Source: Tolypothrix carrinoi HA7290-LM1 (GTDB lineage Bacteria; Cyanobacteriota; Cyanobacteriia; Cyanobacteriales; Nostocaceae). From it: a stretch of 15,756 bases of DNA. Every line of letters starts with the position of its first letter. The stretch's first letter is position 1. The stretch covers positions 1 through 15,756 of the forward strand of contig JAHHIK010000153.1 in the NCBI GenBank assembly GCA_019358935.1, given 5' to 3'. A model generated the notes under the pieces. The model was not told the DNA's origin and searched no databases. It saw nothing but the letters and a program-made list of their open reading frames with translations. The position numbers were made by a program, and so were the translations under genes. Shown here in pieces: positions 9,195-15,756 of this stretch.

Positions 9195-9235
9195 AAATTT
9201 TTAGTATTTTTTACTTCTCTCTCATTGTGTCACAC

Positions 9236-9261
9236 TTAGTAGAAGTCCCCTCTTCTACTAA
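9236..9261. promoter_or_regulatory. Perfect inverted repeat, candidate operator in the divergent promoter region
   Basis: TTAGTAGAAG-tcccct-CTTCTACTAA: 10-bp perfect arms with a 6-nt spacer, in the csx3/WYL intergenic region. Confidence 0.6.
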
Positions 9262-9465
9262 ATCTGTTATTGTTATAAATAGGTTTAATGCCAAAGATGA
9301 GTCTCCAGCAATTAACTTATGAAACAACTGGTTGCATGAATTTTTACAGTCTAACAGCTTTTTCTGCTCAGACAAGCGTTTTTTGTTAAGTATCATTAAA
9401 GACTTTCATTTTGGGATAAATTTAAAACTGTTTGTACTGCTTAGTTGAATAGGTAGGTTTGAAAT

Positions 9466-10965
9466 TTGACTCAAGAATTTTATTTACCACCCACTCCCCA
9501 AATTTTGCAATGGCTAGCAGCAGGACAATTAGCGAATCGGCTGGTGCGATCGCTGCGATTATTGGTGCTGATCAACAAATTTTATAGCAGTAAGACAGGC
9601 TGGACGGATAAAATCCCTACAGCTTTCACATACTCACAGCTGCGCGATCGCTTGTTTGCCTATCGTCACCCCAAAAGCGATAGATTAAATGCTCAACAAA
9701 TTACAGTGCAGTGTAGCGAACGCCGTTGTATTTGTCATCAGACTTTCTGGGAAATTGTATTTGAGCAGAACTTCCAGCAAAATGAAGCTCAATGGCAAGA
9801 GCAAATTATCTTACTGACTGGGATAAATAAAGAGGAACTACAAAAGGTACTGCAAGAACGTCCCTTTGCTACCGTGCATCGTTCCATCCGCGATGACCTA
9901 AAGCAGTTAATCCAGCTAGGGTGGTTACATCCGGCTGGACAAGGGAAATATCAGTATTTGGCAATAGAAGAACTACCATTACTGCGAACTCAATCAGAGG
10001 CTGACTCTAGCTCTAGCTTACCAAAGCTAACCAGCCTACCTAGTTTGTCTGACCTCTGTGAACAACAAACTTGGGAACTGCTACGAGTCTTGGAATCAAT
10101 CTCCTTTGTACAGCCAAACTTGTCGTCAATTATAGAAAACTTATGGAAGCAAATAGCAGATAGTTCCTTATCTGGAATCTTACATGGGCAAGATCCAGAT
10201 AAAAGGATATTTCTGCATCTGGACTACATTCTTTCTCCACAGATGCAAGACCGTGTAGACAATTACCAGGAACAGATAGAACAGCTTTGGCACAAACCTC
10301 CTGGTGGGGTAGTGCAATTTGAATATTGGATTGCAGCGACAGAGAGTAAGGTAAAAATTACTGTTTACCCAGTATGCTTGCATTACGTGCGCCGTGCTAA
10401 ATATCTTAGTGCTTACGGCATAGATCCCAATGGTAATATAGCATGGCACAACTACCGCTTAGATCGCATTGCCTGCGATCGCCTAAAAGTGCTGGCTTGG
10501 GGCGACCCCTTTGTTCCTCAAGAATTGAAACAGATGTGGCATACAGGAAGTTTGCCTACACCAGAATATATTGCTGGCGAATTGAAAGCTGCTTGGGGTT
10601 TCAATTTCTATCTCAAAAAAGAATTGCTTATCCTCCGTTTTCCAGTAGATTTTGCCAAGTGGTATGTAGATAACACCACAAGACATTCTACTTTTCGTGC
10701 AGTTTTACATGACCAATTACCACAGTTGATTGTTAAGAATATTCCAGATGAGCAGGAGCGTGAGCAGTTATTAAAAATTGTCAGTCAATGCCCAACAGAT
10801 GATGCCTATTACATTGCCTGGATACGTGCTGGTGATATCAATGTTCTTATGCGTTTGCGAGAATGGCGACCAAATGGCAAAGTTATTGCCCCTTTATCTA
10901 TTCGTTACCAAATGAAAGCAGAAGCAGAACAAGAATTCAAAAATTATCAAGCCTTTTTGGGTTGA
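9466..10965 (+). CDS. CRISPR-associated WYL-domain regulator (TIGR03985 / Sll7078-like)
   Basis: wHTH-like segment VHRSIRDDLKQL, WYL-like core VYPVCLHYVRRAKYLSAYG...WHNYRLDRI, then AWGFNFY and a C-terminal RLREWRPNGKVIAP; divergent from the cas operon. Confidence 0.85.
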   Translation: MTQEFYLPPTPQILQWLAAGQLANRLVRSLRLLVLINKFYSSKTGWTDKIPTAFTYSQLRDRLFAYRHPKSDRLNAQQITVQCSERRCICHQTFWEIVFEQNFQQNEAQWQEQIILLTGINKEELQKVLQERPFATVHRSIRDDLKQLIQLGWLHPAGQGKYQYLAIEELPLLRTQSEADSSSSLPKLTSLPSLSDLCEQQTWELLRVLESISFVQPNLSSIIENLWKQIADSSLSGILHGQDPDKRIFLHLDYILSPQMQDRVDNYQEQIEQLWHKPPGGVVQFEYWIAATESKVKITVYPVCLHYVRRAKYLSAYGIDPNGNIAWHNYRLDRIACDRLKVLAWGDPFVPQELKQMWHTGSLPTPEYIAGELKAAWGFNFYLKKELLILRFPVDFAKWYVDNTTRHSTFRAVLHDQLPQLIVKNIPDEQEREQLLKIVSQCPTDDAYYIAWIRAGDINVLMRLREWRPNGKVIAPLSIRYQMKAEAEQEFKNYQAFLG

Positions 10966-11084
10966 CTACGCTGCATATAAGTTAAGATTAGCTTTTCTCA
11001 CTTCTACAGTCCTTTGAACACCAGAAATAATCAAGCGTTATTGCTTGTAGTTAACGATATTTCCACTTATATTTGTTCACCTTA

Positions 11085-11945
11085 ATGAAAATGCTTGTAC
11101 CCGAAAATAATAACTCTTCTCCGCTAGAAAACCTATTTTCACCCCGTTCTCCGCTAGATTTTTTAGGATTTGCTGTAGTTGGGGTTATTATCAATCTACT
11201 CTCTGGTGGCGATCCTATTGGATTTTTGGGAGTAGCCGTTTTGTTTATTTATTGGTTTTGGTTAGACCGCCGAAGATCCAAAAAGTTATCTCAACGATTA
11301 GGGTTATCTTTCGATAGTAAAGAACCTGCCAAAGGAGCCAAAGGATTGATTCTTTTGCTTAGTCCTTACTCACCTCGCCTAGAGTCTTTGAAAGATGAAA
11401 AACGGCTAAAACCACTAGTACAACATATTATTAATACACCTGTTGAGAAGTTGCAACTTGCAGACTTTCAAAGTATTGATTTATTCAACTCCAATCTTGT
11501 ACCACAGATAAAAGCTGTAGAGTACCATGTTAAAGAAGGTAACTTACGTGATGTTTGGTTAATTAGCAGTAAAAGCTACGATTTGGTTAAAGGCTCTGAG
11601 ATTACTGCCAAAATTTTGTCACAGTATTTAAGTTTTGAATATGGGCAACGTCTAGAAGTCCACACTCAAGATTATTGTGTGGAGGATTGGAATTATAAAA
11701 AGCTTTGGGAGATAGGAGATCAAATTTTCCGCGAATCAGATTACAAAGACGAGGCTGTAGTTGCTGACATTACTGGCGGAACCAAGATGATGACTATGGC
11801 GCTAGCTATGTCTTGTGTCTCACCAAAGCGACGGATGCAGTATATGGATGCACAACGTGATTGGCAAGGAAATCCTTTGCCAGTTGGTGAAATCAAACCT
11901 GTGGGTATTGATGTTGCTCCGATTATCCACGGTAACGGTAATTAG
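11085..11945 (+). CDS. Two-transmembrane-helix + CARF protein (Cam1-like membrane effector)
   Basis: Hydrophobic hairpin FLGFAVVGVIINLLS-GGDP-IGFLGVAVLFIYWFWL followed by basic RRRSKK, then CARF motifs GLILLLSP, VWLISS and ADITGGTKMMTMAL. Likely ATG at 11085 or 11091. Confidence 0.82.
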   Translation: MKMLVPENNNSSPLENLFSPRSPLDFLGFAVVGVIINLLSGGDPIGFLGVAVLFIYWFWLDRRRSKKLSQRLGLSFDSKEPAKGAKGLILLLSPYSPRLESLKDEKRLKPLVQHIINTPVEKLQLADFQSIDLFNSNLVPQIKAVEYHVKEGNLRDVWLISSKSYDLVKGSEITAKILSQYLSFEYGQRLEVHTQDYCVEDWNYKKLWEIGDQIFRESDYKDEAVVADITGGTKMMTMALAMSCVSPKRRMQYMDAQRDWQGNPLPVGEIKPVGIDVAPIIHGNGN

Positions 11946-11973
11946 ATACAGCAGTTTATTAACAAGATTATGT

Positions 11974-12008
11974 AGCGCAGTCCTTGAATATGGCAGGGCT
12001 GCGTTTTT
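11974..12008 (+). terminator. Probable intrinsic terminator of the WYL / TM-CARF unit
   Basis: Stem GCGCAGTCCT (11975-11984) pairs with AGGGCTGCGT (11995-12004), including two G-U pairs, followed by a T-tract to 12008; about 30 nt after the stop codon. Confidence 0.65.
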
Positions 12009-12035
12009 CCGTTCAAAGTTATCGGTTAGGGAATA

Positions 12036-12356
12036 GTTTCCATCCCCGTGAGGGGTAATTAGTTGAAAACAGTGGTGACGATGAATGGGCTATTGTGAAG
12101 GTTGCAGAATGTTTCCATCCCCGTGAGGGGTAATTAGTTGAAAACAGATTTCGATGGCTTTGCGATTGTAAAACATCAAGTTAAGTTTCCATCCCCGTGA
12201 GGGGTAATTAGTTGAAAACACATGTGAAGGGTACCTTTACCCGAGACTCTTAACGTTTCCATCCCCGTGAGGGGTAATTAGTTGAAAACACGTATCCTGA
12301 GAGATTTTGATCTCTCTGTAACCTCCTTGTTTCCATCCCCGTGAGGGGTAATTAGT
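12036..12356 (-). CRISPR. CRISPR array with 4 full repeats, 1 truncated repeat and 4 spacers
   Basis: Plus-strand repeat GTTTCCATCCCCGTGAGGGGTAATTAGTTGAAAAC at 12036, 12111, 12185 and 12255 (identical) and 28 nt of it at 12329-12356. Spacers are 40, 39, 35 and 39 nt. Minus orientation is inferred from the CCCC-TCAC-GGGG hairpin followed by an 8-nt ATGGAAAC handle. Confidence 0.97.
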
Positions 12357-13226
12357 GGCTATTTCATCCGCGCGATCGCCACCTGTACGCTTGCGTGTTT
12401 GTTTGAAAATTTCTGTTAAATCTTCAATGCGTTTCGCTAGCACACTTTCTACATCGGGTACATCCGGCAAAACTTGCGATGACCAACCTAACCGCGTTTG
12501 TCCCAACCCAAAGGTAGTTTTATGACCGGTACCGCAGTAAGGTGCGAGTTTCCCCAAAGCATAAAATAACCGTTGAAACTCCGCCTGTTTAGATCCTTCC
12601 TTAGTTAAACTAAACTCAATTGCGCCAGTAAATCCTGTCACCGCGCCTTTTTTACCAGCCAGTACCTTCGCGGTTGTTATCTGACAACGATTTATCAACA
12701 CACAATCATCTACCCAAAAAAGGAAAGCATCTTGGTCAATAATTATCCCAGAAAAGTCATTCCAGCGTCGCAAGTAGCTGTGGAAGATATTAACTGGTAC
12801 TGGGAGCGGGAAGTGATGACCTTTGCGGCGAAAACTTGTAGGACTCAAGAATTTTAGGGTGACAGTATTGCCATGCTCAGAATTTAGCAGTTCGGCATAA
12901 GTTGTGGGAGAATGGATAATATTGCAAGAATTTATCTTTAAGGGTGCGTCGCGCAAGTCAACTACACTGGGCAAGTTTTCCACCCACTCAAGCATCCACT
13001 TTTGCACTCGACTTGATAAAGCTGTGACATACCAGCGGTAAGTAGTGTTAGTAGATAATTGTATTTGTCTTGTGCTACTAATTATCTCTCCATCCAAAGC
13101 AGAGATAGTAAAAGGTTTTTCCGATTCCCCATCGTGGAGGTAAGCAGAAAGTTCCGCGTCAAGCGATCGCACTTGGTTGAGAAACCAAGCATGGAGTCCA
13201 ATGCTTTCTACGGCTGCAAGTGGCAA
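12237..13226 (-). CDS. cas6: Cas6 endoribonuclease, apparently chimeric at both ends (C-terminus read through the CRISPR array)
   Basis: IGLHAWFL, LHDGESEKPFTIS, FLSPTSFR, HSYLRRWN, GFTG and G-loop CGTGHKTTFGLG. The last ~39 residues are translated repeat and spacer sequence, and only 8 residues precede IGLHAW. Confidence 0.9.
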   Translation of the reverse strand: MPLAAVESIGLHAWFLNQVRSLDAELSAYLHDGESEKPFTISALDGEIISSTRQIQLSTNTTYRWYVTALSSRVQKWMLEWVENLPSVVDLRDAPLKINSCNIIHSPTTYAELLNSEHGNTVTLKFLSPTSFRRKGHHFPLPVPVNIFHSYLRRWNDFSGIIIDQDAFLFWVDDCVLINRCQITTAKVLAGKKGAVTGFTGAIEFSLTKEGSKQAEFQRLFYALGKLAPYCGTGHKTTFGLGQTRLGWSSQVLPDVPDVESVLAKRIEDLTEIFKQTRKRTGGDRADEIATNYPSRGWKQGGYREIKISQDTCFQLITPHGDGNVKSLG

Positions 13227-13704
13227 AGTTACAGCTCTTCACGTTGCCCAAGTTGCAAGAGAATATCATAGAGCAAGTGTGCCTACCACGCCTAGGAACA
13301 AAAACACTTTTGACCAACAAAAGCAATCAACTAAAAACTCTACACCGTCAATTACCCCTAGTTGCTGGAATTGCTCTCATTGCAGCCGAGAGTTTGTAGA
13401 TAATCCCCAAAACTTTTATTGCTACCAGTTGGGGTAATTGAACTTCATTGAGAAAAACGGTAATCAGCGGGCAGCCGAATGCGAACTGTGGACTTATCGA
13501 GGGGGAGAGTCAGCCCAAATTAAAAAGACCAGACTACCATTACGAGAAACCTTCACCCTAACTCTACAGCTTCCCGCCGACTTGCAACCCTTGATACAAG
13601 ACGCTGCCAAAGAGTCCGGCTTGGTTGTGGTGGACTGGGTAGCAAAAGTTTTGTCAGAGGCAGTTTTCACAAGTCATGCTACCCAGTTGGGTGCCTTACA
13701 TTGA
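13201..13704 (+). pseudogene. 5'-truncated hypothetical gene with an internal stop (Cys-rich segment, possible C-terminal RHH-like segment)
   Basis: ORFs 13177-13437 and 13438-13704 share a frame and are separated only by TAA at 13435-13437 (CYQLG*LNFIEK). It contains CWNCSHC...C...C and TLTLQLPADLQPLIQDAAKESG..WVAKVLSEA. The 5' end abuts cas6 back-to-back. Confidence 0.55.
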
Positions 13705-13748
13705 AACCGAAGGTAGAGATAAGCCAGTTCCACAGAAACACGCTGTCA

Positions 13749-14361
13749 AACTCAAGGAAGTCTTGGGATTATCATGAACTAACCACAAGCAACATAGCCT
13801 GTTTAACAGGGCGAACGCACCACAAACAACTTTCAGCTTTATCACAAAATGCGTGGAAACTAACGGGTGGAATGAGGGTTTCAGTCATCCTGAATAGGAA
13901 AGAAACAGCGATCGCTTTCTCTTAACCTGAACTTTCCCCCAAGCCAAAAGAGTTAACTCTTATCCAGAGCGACAATCATGCGTTTTTTAAATCGCTCTTA
14001 CGCTCTTACAAATTGTCACTCGTGTCTTGCGGAGCTTTCTTTGAGGCGTTGATCCCCAATTTTTAGCTTACCCTAGTTGTACCAATAGTTTCAGACCTTA
14101 AATGGGTAAACTTATTCTGGCATCAAGAGCCATATTGTTTGTACAGCAAGGCTTTAAGAGGTATTTAGTACATTTGCACTGGGGAAAGTTCAGTTTAACG
14201 AATGGTATCGTTTGAAACGCTGATTAATCGATTATTTTCTGCTGTCCGGGTGTTTTGTTGAAATGTCCATGTGGCGAGGGTTCTAAAAAACTTTGTGATA
14301 AAGCTGACTCTCAGGTGCCAATTGCTACCTCACTCCAATTCAAGGAAGTCTTAGGTTTATC
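13749..14361. repeat. Pair of 25-nt imperfect direct repeats with dyad symmetry, 588 bp apart
   Basis: 13749-13773 AACTCAAGGAAGTCTTGGGATTATC versus 14337-14361 AATTCAAGGAAGTCTTAGGTTTATC (22/25 identical). Confidence 0.7.
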
Positions 14362-14394
14362 CAAAGTAACCTGCAATATTGATTTTTCCTCCTA

Positions 14395-15634
14395 ATGCAG
14401 CGGGGTATCATGGCGGTAATTGGTAAACCTGATACTGAAATCCCGCCTAGCATAGCTTACCACGGACAGGAACACGAACTTACGTCTGAACCATCGGTCT
14501 TCTACCAGAAGCAAATGACGCAGGTTGCAGAATTTAAGGCATATCCTGAAACTCTGCTTAAAGGCTTCGTGCAAAATGCACAAGGATAAAAGGATAGGTA
14601 ACTGATAACTTTACCTATATGTACCCGCAAAGAAACCCGGTGGATAGTAAGGTTCCGTAAGGAAAGCGCACCGGACGGTAACTCGGAACGAAGTAACCCC
14701 CGTATACCTCCTGGGATATGATCGTATCCTGCGGACGGAACGCCAACCTGATGGTATATGGGGTCGGGATTGTCTCTCAAGCCAAAGCCCAAGGTAGATG
14801 CAAGGGATATGCTGACAGAGACACGACAATTTGGAAGATAAAGCCATCAATAGTGGTGAATATGTCATGAACACGGTACAACCGATGTATGAATGGCGTG
14901 ACATACCTTGGAGTAAAATCGAACGGAATGTCGCGAAGCTACAAACAAGGATTTATCGAGCCTCAAGTCGTCACGACGTAAGGACAGTCCATAGACTACA
15001 ACGTCTGAGTCGTGAAATCTTGGTCTGCAAAGTGCCTTGCAGTACGCAAAGAGTACTACAAGACAACAGTGGCAAGAAAACGGCGGGCATTGACGGGTTA
15101 AAATCCTTAACTTTTAAAGCGAGACTGATTCTTGTTGCCAGTCTGAGTCAATACAAGGGTAAACCCGCCCCGGTTAGGCGTATCTGGATACCTAAGCCAG
15201 GTAAAAAAGAGAAAAGACCCCTTGGAATACCGACTATTTTCGACAGGGCACACCAGGCACTAATAAAACTAGTACTTGAGCCAGAATGGGAAGCTCGTTT
15301 CGAGCCAAACAGTTACGGCTTCAGACCAGGACGCTCACCTCATGATGCTGTCGGATACATATATATTTGTATAAATTAATACTTAAATAAAAATTAGATA
15401 CGGATATATCAAAGTGTTTTGACTGCATTAACCATTCAGCATTACTGAATAAAATTGGCACAACTCCTACCATACGCCGACTAATAAAAGGTTGGCTAAA
15501 GGCAGGGTGTATCGATTGGACTCAGTACACCAATCAAAAAGGCTACAGTCCAACTGACAAAGGCACACCGCAGGGCGGCGTACTTTCGCCGTTACTCGCA
15601 AATGTTGCCCTACATGGCATGGAAAATCGTATTA
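14395..15634 (+). mobile_element. Degenerate group II intron (5' ribozyme region plus N-terminal half of the intron-encoded protein); 5' boundary approximate
   Basis: An intron-type RT ORF preceded by about 470 nt of more GC-rich sequence without a convincing ORF. No canonical GTGYG start was found, so the boundary is inferred. Confidence 0.6.
14867..15634 (+). pseudogene. ltrA: Group II intron reverse transcriptase/maturase pseudogene
   Basis: RVT_N-like WRDIPWSKIERNVAKLQTRIYRAS, KTAGIDG, RPLGIPTIFDR and SYGFRPGRSPHDA. After a stop at 15377-15379 and a frameshift it resumes at 15394 with LDTDISKCFDCINH...GTPQGGVLSPLLANVALHGME, and is cut off before YADD. Confidence 0.92.
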
Positions 15635-15756
15635 ACCTAAGTTGCTAGTTATTGATTTAGGCGATCGCTTTGGGACAGTAAAGCAATAAAATGCCCTCCA
15701 AGAAGAGAAAATAAGGAGGGCTAGATGCTAAACGAAATAATTTCCATATATGCTAT
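15635..15756 (+). mobile_element. Left end of an IS982-family insertion sequence and start of its transposase
   Basis: RT homology stops at ACCTAAGTTGC (an IS982-like ACC terminus). SD AAGGAGGGG at 15712-15720 and ATG 15725 begin MLNEIISIYA..., which resembles cyanobacterial IS982 transposase N-termini (recalled, not searched). Confidence 0.7.

Larger units (their letters stand above)
70..15668. repeat. HIP1 octamers (GCGATCGC) dispersed through the window
   Basis: Seen at 70, 544, 2549, 2577, 4402, 5773, 7043, 7233, 7915, 9090, 9546, 9644, 10475, 12372, 13163, 13908 and 15661; a cyanobacterial hallmark. Confidence 0.92.

Noticed and set aside
9211..9396. 61-aa ORF in the divergent intergenic region
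   Set aside because: No motif or evident SD, and it overlaps the candidate operator and promoter region.
1986..10686. Short ORFs overlapping the cas and WYL genes (e.g. 1986-2204, 3038-3223, 3323-3568, 4634-4834, 5017-5211, 5654-5881, 6227-6427, 7642-7893, 8002-8187, 10180-10449, 10443-10673, 10483-10686)
   Set aside because: Antisense or off-frame shadows of well-supported genes, with no recognisable motifs.
11117..11158. 12-nt direct repeat TTCTCCGCTAGA in the 5' end of the TM-CARF gene
   Set aside because: Two copies encoding SPLE/SPLD in a probably disordered N-terminus; too short to support a function.
11946..12035. Leader or degenerate terminal repeat left of the array
   Set aside because: Only 90 nt, occupied by a plus-strand terminator, with no repeat similarity; hairpin and handle geometry put the leader on the other side.
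12071..12328. Self-targeting spacers within the window
   Set aside because: By eye only short chance matches were found (e.g. 9 nt GATGAATGG with cas10); no extended protospacer.
11815..13271. Plus-strand ORFs 11815-12036 and 13059-13271
   Set aside because: Off-frame overlap with the TM-CARF gene and terminator, and antisense to cas6, respectively.
13701..14904. Small ORFs 13701-13925, 14392-14583, 14395-14589, 14502-14792 and 14611-14904
   Set aside because: No recognisable domains; most overlap each other inside the inferred intron RNA region.
14831..15634. RT as a CRISPR-associated RT for RNA spacer acquisition, or as a retron/DGR/defence RT
   Set aside because: It has group II intron protein features (RVT_N-like start, KTAGIDG), no Cas1 or Cas6 fusion, is pseudogenised, and is separated from the cas genes by a rearrangement junction and unrelated DNA.

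Overview
Cyanobacterial DNA (at least 17 HIP1 GCGATCGC sites) carrying a type III-A (Csm) CRISPR-Cas locus. The minus-strand operon runs csx3(crn3)-ATPase fusion, HD-less cas10 with intact GGDD, csm2, csm3, csm4, csm5, csx1-like CARF-HEPN and a stand-alone CARF. A divergent plus-strand unit encodes a WYL regulator and a 2TM-CARF (Cam1-like) membrane effector; a perfect 10-bp inverted repeat lies between the two units. A 4-spacer CRISPR array (35-nt repeat, probably transcribed on the minus strand) lacks an apparent leader and is fused in frame to the 3' end of a cas6 that also seems to have lost its native 5' end. No cas1/cas2 is present in the window. The locus has several lesions: csx1 is split by a +1 frameshift, csm5 appears truncated and ends in a Cas6-like G-loop tail, and csx3 seems to start at ATT. 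The right end holds a 5'-truncated pseudogene, a pair of dyad direct repeats, a decayed group II intron and the left end of an IS982-like element inserted in the intron RT. The most unusual items are the cas6::array fusion, the csm5::cas6 scar and the intact WYL + TM-CARF + Csx3-ATPase signalling module. Family calls come from motif recognition, not database searches.
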